From: Promethearchaeota archaeon
Lineage (GTDB): Archaea; Asgardarchaeota; Lokiarchaeia; Sigyniarchaeales; SOKP01
Assembly: GCA_048940925.1 (NCBI GenBank)
Contig: JBHLOC010000002.1
Coordinates: 96,001 to 160,000 of the forward strand
Length of the DNA: 64,000 nt
Direction: 5' to 3'
A model generated the notes under the pieces. It had not been told where the DNA came from. It did no database searches and saw only the letters and a program-made list of their open reading frames with translations. Positions 29,903 to 40,330 of the stretch are shown piece after piece. The translations under genes and the position numbers were made by a program. Numbering within the stretch: position 1 is the first letter of the stretch; every line of letters starts with the position of its first letter.

Positions 29903-30790
29903 TTAATTTTTAACTTTAGATGCGTTTTTAGAAATTCCATTTATTACTTGTGGCCACACTTCTGGTGGTAAACTATGCCCCATTCCTTCAATAATGAGTA
30001 GCTCTGCCTTAGGAATCGCCTCCACCGTATCTTTACCTCCTTCAAGCGGAATAAGAGGATCAGCACTTCCATGAATTACAAGGGTAGGAACATTTATAGA
30101 ACCTAAAGCTGATTTACGATTACCAGTAGCCATAATTGCTGCCATTTGACGTGTATAGCCAGGCTGATAATTTGAACGATCATATGAAGCAGAAACAAAT
30201 TTACGCGCCCTTTCTTCATCAAAAGGAATACCAGTACCATGAAAAATTCGCATACGATTTACACCATCTTCAATAATTGCTTCACGTCCATTAGGTGGGG
30301 GTTTTATTAATTCTTGCATAACTTCTGATTTTGGGCGGGGTAAATCAGGATTACCTGTACTACTCATAATAGAAATAAGAGATAAAACACGAGAAGGGTG
30401 CCTGTATGCAATCACTTGAACGATCATCCCTCCCATTGAAGCACCACAAATATGCGCTTTTTCAATATTAAGAATATCAAGAAGTCCAACAGCATCATCA
30501 GCCATATCTTCTAAAGTATATGGTGCTTCAACTTTCTCTCCTTTTTGTGCAGCCATGAATAATTTCATCAAATCTGGTTCGCCTACTTTTTCAAATTTGG
30601 TAGATAGTCCAACATCACGATTATCAAAGCGAATCACAAAGAAACTATATTCCACGAGTTTTTTGCAAAATTCTTCGTCCCAATGGATCATCTGGTCGCC
30701 AAGTCCGTTAATTAATAATAAAGGCTTTGAGCTAGGATCCCCAAATGTGTCATATTCTATTTCAATATTATTAAATTTTGCCCTTGGCAT
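29903..30790 (-). CDS. Alpha/beta hydrolase
   Basis: RFDNRDVGLS, GASMGG nucleophile, HGSADP, GMGH. Confidence 0.9.
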   Translation of the reverse strand: MPRAKFNNIEIEYDTFGDPSSKPLLLINGLGDQMIHWDEEFCKKLVEYSFFVIRFDNRDVGLSTKFEKVGEPDLMKLFMAAQKGEKVEAPYTLEDMADDAVGLLDILNIEKAHICGASMGGMIVQVIAYRHPSRVLSLISIMSSTGNPDLPRPKSEVMQELIKPPPNGREAIIEDGVNRMRIFHGTGIPFDEERARKFVSASYDRSNYQPGYTRQMAAIMATGNRKSALGSINVPTLVIHGSADPLIPLEGGKDTVEAIPKAELLIIEGMGHSLPPEVWPQVINGISKNASKVKN

Positions 30791-31011
30791 AGTTTTTTCC
30801 TGTTACTACAATCTTGAATTATTACTATTTAGGTATTATTGAATGAGTATTAATTTTAATTAATTTAAAATTATTTCAATTTCAAAAAATCTATTTTTTT
30901 GCTATATACTCTTCAAGAAAATATTATTATAGAATATTTTTAAAAAGTTTAGATAGTTAAAAAAAAGGAAGTTAATGAAATTAAATTTTCTATAATATAA
31001 GCTTTTTAGAA

Positions 31012-31389
31012 TTAACCCTTTTCCTTACGGAGTTCCCAGAATGTCCAAAATGCGAAAGCAAGATCAATAACACCAAATAAAATAATAAGAGGACTCACTA
31101 ATTCTAATATAACAAATATTATTAAGAAAATTATAACCGTAGCTCTTGTTTGTGCTGTCCACATAAAAAATTTTTTCATTCCCTCTTCGTCTATGGATGC
31201 CCGAATAAAGTAATAAGCTAAAAATAAAAAAATCATTCCTAAGACACGTGAAGCTACATCAGGGGGATTTGGTTCTGCTAGTATTGTAAACATGAGTCCA
31301 GGAAAAAACAAAAATGTTATCCCCAAAAATATTAGATATATACCGAAGATAAAAACAGATAAGGCAGCTCTACTCATATCTTTAAACAT
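31012..31389 (-). CDS. Four-TM hypothetical membrane protein
   Basis: Hydrophobic helices. Confidence 0.6.
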   Translation of the reverse strand: MFKDMSRAALSVFIFGIYLIFLGITFLFFPGLMFTILAEPNPPDVASRVLGMIFLFLAYYFIRASIDEEGMKKFFMWTAQTRATVIIFLIIFVILELVSPLIILFGVIDLAFAFWTFWELRKEKG

Positions 31390-31602
31390 TTAGAATTTCA
31401 CCATTTAATCCTTAAATATAAATTCAGTTTCAATTTATTACTGATTTAAATTAGGTGTAAGCATTCTTCATTTTTAATAACTCTATTTATTAATTAGAAA
31501 ATAAGTCAGAACTATTTAATTGAAAATATAATTTCTAAAATTTTGCCATTTTGAGTTAATTTCTATAATCTTAAAATGAAAAAAAGATATGAATAAAAAT
31601 AT

Positions 31603-32511
31603 TTATTCAGTATGAGCTGATATTATTAAATCAGCAAAAAGTTTCATGTCATTTAATAACATATTTAATTTATCTTGAGACTCTCTGTCCAAATCTCCGG
31701 ATTTCATTACAAGCACAGATATAATATACTTGAAAATATGAAGTTCAATTTCTTTACCATCACCATCTCTTCCACCAAATTTAGCAGAATCTGCCATAAA
31801 GATGTTTTCCCGAACTGTATTACATGCATTAATAAAATCTCTTAAATCCCCTCGTAGAGTTAAACCACTACTTACTCCTTGAACATTATGAACAATTACA
31901 TTCCCTGAAATATCGGCAATTATTACCTTCGCCTTAATCTCATCAAGTTGTTTTTCTGCCTTTTCAACATGAGTTTTTAGTTCTGCATAAGAAGATATTA
32001 GAATATCTCTAAATACTTTAGCTAATTTATCCTGTTCATAAATACTCGTAAGCATGAAGTCAAAATCATAATCCTTAAATAGGTCTACAAAAATTTCTTT
32101 GGCATTTTTCACATTTGTATCTAATAATTCCTTTTGGTAATTTTCGCTATCGTACTTATGAAAAAACAAGAATATCTTTGGTCTTTCATTATTCTTTCGA
32201 TAGAGATCTAATAAATTAATAAAATAGTTTTTTGCTTCTTCAAATGTCTTAGGGTCATGTAAATCAACAATAGGAATAAGAATATCGGTTCCTCGAAATA
32301 TCTCAGGTTTTTCCATATATTCTTTACGAAACTCTTCCTGACCCCCAAAATCAAAAATCCCAACTTGTAAACCTAAGAATGGATGTCTTCTCGTTTCATA
32401 GAGAATGGTCGGAGCCAAACTCTTGGTATCCTCAGGAGATTTCGCAGCAAAAGCAACTGAATATACGCTTGTCTTACCACATCCACTTAGTCCAACTAAA
32501 CTAATTTTCAT
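31603..32511 (-). CDS. Rag/Gtr-like GTPase with probable C-terminal roadblock-like domain
   Basis: GLSGCGKTS, LAPT, FDFGGQ, FHKYD (Rag-type HKxD), TSIYE; about 120 aa C-terminal alpha/beta domain. Confidence 0.75.
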   Translation of the reverse strand: MKISLVGLSGCGKTSVYSVAFAAKSPEDTKSLAPTILYETRRHPFLGLQVGIFDFGGQEEFRKEYMEKPEIFRGTDILIPIVDLHDPKTFEEAKNYFINLLDLYRKNNERPKIFLFFHKYDSENYQKELLDTNVKNAKEIFVDLFKDYDFDFMLTSIYEQDKLAKVFRDILISSYAELKTHVEKAEKQLDEIKAKVIIADISGNVIVHNVQGVSSGLTLRGDLRDFINACNTVRENIFMADSAKFGGRDGDGKEIELHIFKYIISVLVMKSGDLDRESQDKLNMLLNDMKLFADLIISAHTE

Positions 32512-32589
32512 TTTTGACTTTCCTTTTTTTAATGGTTTTTATAATACTTTATTTCATTTAACTTTTTTAATAAAATTTAATGTAGATTT

Positions 32590-34080
32590 TTATTCTTTTG
32601 GTGTTATTTTTAGTGTTCTGGAAAATATTTTTCCAAACGAATCAGTTGAAGCTTCAACTAATATATTTGCTTGCATAGGTTCACCATCCGGTATATCCAA
32701 AGGATAACCAATTTCAATTGTCTCAAACGGGAATAATTCTCTTATTGTTGTTATCCAAGGACTTTTTTCAAAAAGATCTTCAACAGCAACGATTCTAATT
32801 TTCAAGTCTTCCAATACATAACCTATTGTATTAGTTAATGATATATTCAGAATTCTATCCTCTTCATTTAACTCTTTTGAAACACTAAGAAATTTTCGCG
32901 TTCCTAGTGGAGGTGTAACTTCTGCCTGTTCCTCTTCTGGTTTTGTTTCAATTCTCGGTTCTTCCTTTACTTCAGAGTCCCGTACTATAAACACTTTCCT
33001 TTTTTGTATAGTGTATTGGGATACTTTTTTAAGTTTTGCTAAGTATAATACAGCATTCAGGTTAATAGCATTAAAAGGTTCTATTTTTATATAACCTTTC
33101 TTAGCAGCATCTTCTATAATTTCAGTACCAATCCCACTTCTCGCAAATACTGTATTTTTATTTGCTCCACTTCCAACTGAACCGACAGAAATATCCGCAT
33201 TTTCAGCAGTTAAATCTGTGCAAAAATTACAGCTTGAGGACTTAAATTTATCTAATTGTCTAATAGTGTAAGATTTCACTGGATCTACTTGTGGATCATA
33301 ATATAAATGGAATTTTCCCTTACTAATATCCATTTTTTGAACTTTTGATAAATCAATCCCTTCTTTGTCAAAGAATGGATAAATTGCTTCAGCTGAAAAT
33401 GAATCCATACAAAATAATCCAATTTTTAGCACATGACATCTCATAAAATATTTTAACATGCCAGTGGGGCTATCAAACATCTTTGCAACAGCATCAATAT
33501 TACATGGAGTACCTACAAATGCTATTGATCTAAAATCCTGTCTAACTGCATCCATGAGAGCTTCAACTGTTTGGGAGTGACTATAGATAGATCCTGAAGC
33601 TTTGATGGCATCATCTTTACTCGTAATAATCTGTGCTATTGGATACCATGGTTTGTTAGGGTCTTTCATTGTAACCACCGCTGCATCAATTAAATGTTCA
33701 TCAAACAAATAACACAAGAGACTTGTAACCGTGCCCCCATCCTGTCCGCCAATAACTTCTGGAATGTTAGTATTTGCAACATAGCCTGTTCTGAAATCTC
33801 CCATCAATTGGTATGGATCTGTTATTGTTCTTGGGCACTGATTATAACAAATTCCACATCCTGTACATTTGCCAATGAGTTTTGGTTGTCCTGCTAAATC
33901 ATCCCATTCTAATACTGGGCATACGGCAGCACATGTACCACACTGAGTACAGATTCCAGTTCTTATAATTTCTTTAGTAAGTAGACCAAAACTATCTTTA
34001 GCGCCTTCTAGCTTTTTTTGAATATATTCAAATGAATATTCATATGGAGATTCGGTTTTATCTGATTGATTTTCAGTCAT
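32590..34080 (-). CDS. FrhB/FdhB-family (F420-binding) Fe-S flavoprotein with extra C-terminal Ig-like domain
   Basis: 2x CxxCxxCxxxCP, GQDGGTVT, VGTPC, IGLFC, CNFCTD...ADISVGSVG. Confidence 0.85.
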   Translation of the reverse strand: MTENQSDKTESPYEYSFEYIQKKLEGAKDSFGLLTKEIIRTGICTQCGTCAAVCPVLEWDDLAGQPKLIGKCTGCGICYNQCPRTITDPYQLMGDFRTGYVANTNIPEVIGGQDGGTVTSLLCYLFDEHLIDAAVVTMKDPNKPWYPIAQIITSKDDAIKASGSIYSHSQTVEALMDAVRQDFRSIAFVGTPCNIDAVAKMFDSPTGMLKYFMRCHVLKIGLFCMDSFSAEAIYPFFDKEGIDLSKVQKMDISKGKFHLYYDPQVDPVKSYTIRQLDKFKSSSCNFCTDLTAENADISVGSVGSGANKNTVFARSGIGTEIIEDAAKKGYIKIEPFNAINLNAVLYLAKLKKVSQYTIQKRKVFIVRDSEVKEEPRIETKPEEEQAEVTPPLGTRKFLSVSKELNEEDRILNISLTNTIGYVLEDLKIRIVAVEDLFEKSPWITTIRELFPFETIEIGYPLDIPDGEPMQANILVEASTDSFGKIFSRTLKITPKE

Positions 34081-34434
34081 AATATTTATCTAAACGCTAA
34101 ATTGAAATTAAATAATTAAAAGTTCAATTAATTAAAGTAGCCTTTGTAAAAAAAATATTATTATTAGTAGAAAAAAGTAAGGAATTTTTGAAAAATAAGT
34201 CAAAAAGTAATAGAAAAAATCAAAATAAATTAGAATATCTAATTTTAATCTTTTAACTCAAAATTTCTAGTAGATTATATTGAAGTTGTAAAAAATTTTT
34301 TAAAAAAAAGAAGGGGGAGTAATTAGAATTCCCTATTAAATTTAATTGTAAATCGATTTAATTAAATAGGTCTTGATTTATCAATGTTCTCTATACGATT
34401 ATTTTTATTATCCTTTATAGTCCACATTTGACTT

Positions 34435-35064
34435 CTAATTTTTAAAATGTTTTTTAAATCCGATTATTATTATAGTTGAAATAACCGCAATTATTCCGAT
34501 AATGAATAATATGTTATATCCAAGAATTCTACCACCACCACCAGTAGAAGGTTCTTTTACATCTTCTGGAACTTCTGTAATTGACCATGAGATTACCCAA
34601 ACATGAATCTTAATTGGTATGCCAATAAAAGTGGTAGAAACATAAGTCTCTACTACTATTCCTGTTGCAGTGTCAATATAGGTATATCCAACTGGGTTTT
34701 TAACATAAATACATTCACAGGAAATGTCACCATAAGTTCTAGTTTTTGTAGTGTAATTTGCTTTCAATGCTTCTATGATAGTCTCATTCATTAAATATTG
34801 TTCATCTATAGTTTGATTGAATTCTGTTGCTGTACCGTTTATATATTTTGTACCAAGTGGTCGACCTGGAGGATCGGGCACAGAAGTTATTTCTATCCCT
34901 TCGGTGCCTCGAATTTTATCTTGTTCTTTTCTCGTGTAGGTCCATTCGTCACCAACATTCACTAAATAATCACATGTTGCATGTAATGGAAAAATGGAAA
35001 TAAACATAGTTACGCTAAACAAGATCATTAAAAAGATAGATATTTTTTTACTAAATTTTTTTAT
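34435..35064 (-). CDS. Secreted/surface protein with C-terminal sorting-like tail; start extended to ATA 35064
   Basis: GGTGAT SD upstream of ATA gives the signal peptide IKKFSKKISIFLMILF...; C-terminal ILGY-TM-basic tail. Confidence 0.6.
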   Translation of the reverse strand: MKKFSKKISIFLMILFSVTMFISIFPLHATCDYLVNVGDEWTYTRKEQDKIRGTEGIEITSVPDPPGRPLGTKYINGTATEFNQTIDEQYLMNETIIEALKANYTTKTRTYGDISCECIYVKNPVGYTYIDTATGIVVETYVSTTFIGIPIKIHVWVISWSITEVPEDVKEPSTGGGGRILGYNILFIIGIIAVISTIIIIGFKKHFKN

Positions 35065-35642
35065 ATTAAAATCACCTTTAGATTGGTTTTTAACATTAGA
35101 TTTTCTTTCACAATTTAATGATTATGTAAGTTAAAGTATCAATAATCAATAATCACATATAAACATTATAGCATTTTGAAATATTGAAGATTTACGCTCA
35201 CTTTCAGGATTATTAATAAAAAATAAGCATTTTTTGAAATCAAAGTTTAAAGATTCCACATTAGGGACAAAAATCAGTGAAAATTGTATTATTTTTCCAA
35301 TTCAATTCTTTTTTCTTTTTTTTGCGTTAAAGACGTAGATTCTTAGTGTATTGTGGTAACTATTTACTATTTTCACTAATATACTTAAAAATGGTTGATC
35401 ATCATGAATCTCCAATAATTAAATAATATTCTAAATCTTCATTTAAACCTTTTATACTTTTATTGAGTAATCTTTTAATTTTACTTAGAAGAACTTTTAA
35501 AGATTTTGGATAATTATCTAAACTTCAAAGAAAAGAAGATAAAAAAATTTCTTTATATTTGTATTTAAAATAAATTATTGCAATTTTTGCATCTTATTTT
35601 AAATATTTTAAAATATATTTATCTCTGACCATATTTATCAAA

Positions 35643-36461
35643 TTGATGAAAATGACTCTAACTACAGACCAAATTGAACGATATTCAAGACAAATTGTAT
35701 TAAAGGAAATTGGTGGGATTGGACAAGAAAAGCTACTTGATTCAAAAATAACATTGATTGGGTTAGGAGCTCTTGGATCTCCAGTAGCATATTACTTAGT
35801 TGCAGCAGGTATAGGCAATCTGAAAATAATTGATTTTGATAAGGTTGAGGTTTCCAACTTACATAGACAAATTCTCCATTTTACAAATGATCTGAATAAA
35901 CAGAAAACATATAGTGCTTTTCAGAAACTTAAACTCTTAAATCCAGATTGTGATATTGAATTAGTTAATGAAAGGTTTATTGCAAGTAATGCTAAAGATA
36001 TGTTAAGAGAATCAGATTTTGTAATTGATGGTTCTGATAATTTTCCGACTAAGATGCTAGTAAATGACACTTGTATCAGTTTAGGGATACCATTTACTAT
36101 TGCTGGTGTGTTACGATTTCATGGACAAATAATGACTGTAATACCAGAAGAAAAAACTGCATGTTATAGATGTATTTTTGGAGATTTAGCGGTGGGCGAA
36201 AATATTGGAATGTCGTGTTCTGAGGCAGGAGTAGTAGGATTTATCCCCGGGATATTAGGATCTTTAGAAGCCAATGAAGCCCTAAAATATATTCTAAATA
36301 TTGGAGAACTTATCATAAACAAAATTATGTATATTGATATTCTTAGAAATAGCTTTAACTTTGTGGATCTATATAGAACTCCAGATTGCATTGCATGTGG
36401 TGATAATGCTAAAGATATTGTTGAAGTTATGAATTATGGAAGTGATAATGCATGTCAATAA
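35643..36461 (+). CDS. MoeB/ThiF/UbaA-type E1-like adenylyltransferase
   Basis: RYSRQI, GLGALG, SNLHRQ, DGSDNF, CYRC, SCSEAG, CIAC. Confidence 0.9.
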   Translation: MMKMTLTTDQIERYSRQIVLKEIGGIGQEKLLDSKITLIGLGALGSPVAYYLVAAGIGNLKIIDFDKVEVSNLHRQILHFTNDLNKQKTYSAFQKLKLLNPDCDIELVNERFIASNAKDMLRESDFVIDGSDNFPTKMLVNDTCISLGIPFTIAGVLRFHGQIMTVIPEEKTACYRCIFGDLAVGENIGMSCSEAGVVGFIPGILGSLEANEALKYILNIGELIINKIMYIDILRNSFNFVDLYRTPDCIACGDNAKDIVEVMNYGSDNACQ

Positions 36462-36724
36462 ATAATATTAAAATAACCAACGGAAATATTATTAAAAAAA
36501 TTGATATCAGAGGAAAAGTATGTCCTATGACTTTCGTATATACAAAATTGGCTCTTGAGAAACTTAATACAGGAGATACTCTTGAAGTTTTACTAGATTT
36601 CCGCCCCGCTTTAAAAAGTATTCCTGAAAACTGTAAGCGGCAGGATTTAGCTAAATTTCTCAATATTGAAGAAATAGAGGATGAAGGGACTCTAAATTGG
36701 TTATTAAAACTAAGAAAAATCTAA
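36452..36724 (+). CDS. TusA/SirA-family sulfurtransferase
   Basis: DIRGKVCPMT, LEVLLD. Confidence 0.85.
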   Translation: MSINNIKITNGNIIKKIDIRGKVCPMTFVYTKLALEKLNTGDTLEVLLDFRPALKSIPENCKRQDLAKFLNIEEIEDEGTLNWLLKLRKI

Positions 36725-36812
36725 ACTAAAAAGGAAATTTATAGTTATAAGACAAGAGTATAATCTCATACATTTTTTTGTGTTACTGAGTTTTTATCTG
36801 TAATTCTCCATG

Positions 36813-37208
36813 TTAATAATTTAATCTAATCTTCATTTTCGATTGATAATTTCTAATTGCCTCGTGTAAACCTTCAGCAGCAAGATTAGAACAGTGCATC
36901 TTTATTGGAGGTAAACCATCTAAGGAATCAGCTACATCTTGTCTAGTTATTTTCATAGCCTCATTTAAAGTTTTTCCTTTAGCTAATTCTGTTATCATTG
37001 AAGATGTTGCAATCGCTGCAGCGCATCCAAATGTTTGAAAAGAAATATCATCAATTATTTCTCTACCATATTCGTTTTTCACTTTTATATATATAAACAT
37101 AAGATCACCACATACAGGATTTCCAACTTGTCCAATAGCATCAGCATCTTCCATCTCACCCATATTTCTCGGATTCTTAAAATGTTCTATAACTTTTTCA
37201 GAATACAT
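36813..37208 (-). CDS. iscU: Fe-S scaffold IscU/NifU-N
   Basis: YSEKVIEHF.NPRN, GNPVCGD, FGCAAAIA, LPPIKMHCS. Confidence 0.93.
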   Translation of the reverse strand: MYSEKVIEHFKNPRNMGEMEDADAIGQVGNPVCGDLMFIYIKVKNEYGREIIDDISFQTFGCAAAIATSSMITELAKGKTLNEAMKITRQDVADSLDGLPPIKMHCSNLAAEGLHEAIRNYQSKMKIRLNY

Positions 37209-37246
37209 AAGATCGCATTTCTAAAGTTCATTTAACAATATTTAAT

Positions 37247-38473
37247 TTAATAGGATTGATACTTTAATGCGTCATTTTTTAAAACATAATTTTTGCTCCC
37301 TTTTTTAAGTGGTGATATTTTCCTCAGACGAGAAATTACAGGGGGTAGTTTTTCTAAAAAATATTCTATATCATCTTCAGTTGTAAATCTTCCCAATGTG
37401 ATTCTTAATGAACCATGTGCCTCCTCTGGTTTTTGACCGATCGCCAGTAAAACATGAGATGGTTCCAACGATTTTGAAGAACAAGCTGAGCCTGTTGAAG
37501 TTGCGATTCCTTCTTCATTTAAACTTAAAACTATAGATTCACCTTCAATATACCTAAAACCTAAATTAATATTATTAGGGAGTCGTAGCGTAGGATGACC
37601 ATTCAAATAAACCTCGTCAATATTTTCAGTAATTTCTTTGATAATTCTATCTCTAAAACCTCTTAACTCTGTCTTTTCCTTATCCATCTTTAGTTTACAC
37701 AATTCTACTGCTTTTGCAAATCCTACAATTCCTGGGATATTTTCAGTACTTGATCTTAAACCATGTTCATGACCTCCCCCATGTAGTAGGGGTTCAATGT
37801 AATTTTTACTTCCCCATTTTTTATTTTTCTTTACATAAAGCATTCCTACTCCTTTAGGGCCATATAGTTTATGAGCACTGGTGGAAAGCAGATCAATGTT
37901 CATCTGTTCAACATCTATAGGTATTTTCCCAAATGCTTGAACTGCATCTGTATGAAAAATTATATTGTTATCTTTAGCAATTCTGCCAATTTCACTGATA
38001 GGTTCTATAGTTCCTATTTCATTATTGGCTAACATAATTGATATTAATATTGTATTATCTGTAATTGCTTCTTTTAGTTCATTTAAATTAACCAATCCAT
38101 ATTTATCCACATCCAAATAAGTTATATTAAATCCTAAGTTTTCCAAATATCTACATGGATTAAGAACTGCATGATGTTCAATTTTTGAAGTTATTATATG
38201 ATTACCTTGTTTTCTATTTTTCCATGCAACTCCTTTTATTGCTAAATTATCTGATTCCGTTCCAGATGAAGTGAAAAAAATATCATCTTTATTAGCATTT
38301 ATAAATGCAGCAATATTCACTCTTGATTGTTCTAAGACTTGATGTGCTTTTTGACCATGAGAATGCAAACTAGAAGCATTTCCATATGTGTCTTTTAAAT
38401 GTATTATCATTTCATTTAAAACCTCTGGATCTAAAGGTGTACTAGCTGCATTATCTAAATATACGTATCTCAT
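37247..38473 (-). CDS. iscS: Cysteine desulfurase IscS/NifS
   Basis: YLDNAAST, GNASSLH, HTDAVQ, SAHKLYGPKG, STGSACSS. Confidence 0.94.
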   Translation of the reverse strand: MRYVYLDNAASTPLDPEVLNEMIIHLKDTYGNASSLHSHGQKAHQVLEQSRVNIAAFINANKDDIFFTSSGTESDNLAIKGVAWKNRKQGNHIITSKIEHHAVLNPCRYLENLGFNITYLDVDKYGLVNLNELKEAITDNTILISIMLANNEIGTIEPISEIGRIAKDNNIIFHTDAVQAFGKIPIDVEQMNIDLLSTSAHKLYGPKGVGMLYVKKNKKWGSKNYIEPLLHGGGHEHGLRSSTENIPGIVGFAKAVELCKLKMDKEKTELRGFRDRIIKEITENIDEVYLNGHPTLRLPNNINLGFRYIEGESIVLSLNEEGIATSTGSACSSKSLEPSHVLLAIGQKPEEAHGSLRITLGRFTTEDDIEYFLEKLPPVISRLRKISPLKKGSKNYVLKNDALKYQSY

Positions 38474-38616
38474 AACAGTCGCAATTTTTTTTATTATTTC
38501 AACCTATAATTGGAACGCAGAAATTGATAATTTTAAATTTCAATGATATAAATTGTGAACATAAATAAAAAAATAGGTGCAATTTTGTCACATTTATTAA
38601 AAAAATAGCAGTAATA

Positions 38617-38937
38617 TTATCCTCCTGCAATTGCAGGAAGAAAATTAATCTCATCTCCATTTTGAAGTATTATATTAAAATAATCTGAAGAACGAATATC
38701 TTTTCCATTCAAAGCTAAAATTACGAATTTATTCAGAGTCTTTTGAGGAGTTAAAATGATATTTTCAAATTTTTTACCAAAGTCTTGTGATAACTTACCA
38801 AATAGATCCTTAACAGATGAATTATCATTAAGCGATATATCTAACTCACTTATTCCTAAAAAATCTATCAACAAGGAAAAAAATTTAATTTTAATTTGTA
38901 TCATAAGTATAAATATCCTGCAATATATTAATTCCAA
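38617..38937 (-). CDS. MoaD/ThiS/SAMP ubiquitin-like sulfur carrier
   Basis: IKFFS, LNGKDI, GDEINFLPAIAGG C-terminus; start probably at the second Met. Confidence 0.88.
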   Translation of the reverse strand: MELIYCRIFILMIQIKIKFFSLLIDFLGISELDISLNDNSSVKDLFGKLSQDFGKKFENIILTPQKTLNKFVILALNGKDIRSSDYFNIILQNGDEINFLPAIAGG

Positions 38938-39041
38938 ATTATTTAAAAATTCATTAATAACGAAGAATCCTAAGCATTAAATTATTAACATTATAAAATA
39001 AATATTTTAGTGTAATTTTTGCAAATAACAGAATAATGTAA

Positions 39042-39983
39042 GTGATAAAGATAAAAAAGCAAATATTAAAAATCGGGCATCTCTCAACGTCTTACCATAC
39101 TAATTTTATTCTAATGAACAATAAAGATATTTACAATGATCTAAATATGGAAATTTATTGGATTTTGTTTGGTACGGGACCAGAAATGGTTCAAGCTTTT
39201 AAGAATGAGGAGTTAGATATTGGATATATGGGATTGCCCCCAGCAATTATTGGTATTGAAAATGAGGTTCCTATTCAATGCGTAGCCGGTGGACATGTTG
39301 AGGGAACTATTATGATCGGGAAAAAAGAATATAAAAATATCTATCAACTTGATGAAAATATGGATGAAACTTTCGCCCAATTCAAAGGTAAAGCAATAGG
39401 AGTTCCAAGTAAAGGGTCTATCCATGATGTTATTCTTAATCATTATTTAGAAAAATATGATTTAGCGAATAAAATCATGGTAAAAAACTATAAACAAGCA
39501 GAATTTATAGCACTTGATATTGATAAAAACATTCTTGAAGCTGGTGTTGGAACCCCTTCCTTAGCTGCATTTGCATCAACAATTTTCAATTCTCAAATTA
39601 TTATTCCACCATCTTTTTTATGGCCTTATAATCCTAGTTACGGAATTTTTATACATAAAAATCTAGTTGAAAATCGTTCTGACATTGTATTGAAATTTTT
39701 AATTCATCATAAAAGGGCCTCATCTCTGCTTAGAAATTCACCGTCTAAAGCAGCAAAGCTAATTTCAAAAAATATTAACATTATAAGCAAAAATTATGTG
39801 AAATCAGTCCTTAAAATTTCTCCTAAGTATTGTATTTCTCTTTCGGAGGACTATGTTAATTCAACAATCAATTTTGTAAAAATCCTTTATTCACTTCATT
39901 ATATTAAAAGAATTTTGAAAATTGATGAAATATTTAACTTTAAATTTATAAATCAAGTTCACCCTGAACCTGAACATTATTAA
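39042..39983 (+). CDS. SsuA/NMT1-type substrate-binding-fold protein lacking a signal peptide
   Basis: IGHLST, FGTGPEMV, LDIGYMGLPP, GVPSKGSIHD. Confidence 0.7.
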   Translation: MIKIKKQILKIGHLSTSYHTNFILMNNKDIYNDLNMEIYWILFGTGPEMVQAFKNEELDIGYMGLPPAIIGIENEVPIQCVAGGHVEGTIMIGKKEYKNIYQLDENMDETFAQFKGKAIGVPSKGSIHDVILNHYLEKYDLANKIMVKNYKQAEFIALDIDKNILEAGVGTPSLAAFASTIFNSQIIIPPSFLWPYNPSYGIFIHKNLVENRSDIVLKFLIHHKRASSLLRNSPSKAAKLISKNINIISKNYVKSVLKISPKYCISLSEDYVNSTINFVKILYSLHYIKRILKIDEIFNFKFINQVHPEPEHY

Positions 39984-40330
39984 TATTGCATGACTTATTT
40001 ATTGTTTTTTCTTTTTTATAATCGAATAATGTTAATAAAACAATATACAAGACATAATAATAAGAAGTGAAGAAAAGGAAAAGTAAATTTCAATTTTAAT
40101 GAAGATCTCTAATTTAACTAAAAGAGTGGATTATTAAGGGTTGTATTTTTTAATTCAATTATTTTCTCCTTTTCTACTATAAACAAGTATTCTATTGGAT
40201 TTAAAAAGATAGATGTAATTTTGGCATTTTTTTGTATTAAGCATAGTATCTAGGAGTTTACTTAAGTTTTTTTTAGATTATAAATTCCTAACAATTTCTT
40301 TTTTATTTTTAAAATTTTATAGATATTAAT

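Noticed and set aside
34330-34370. AT-rich palindromes (AAATCGATTT, ATTTAATT/AATTAAAT)
   Set aside because: Low complexity; expected by chance.
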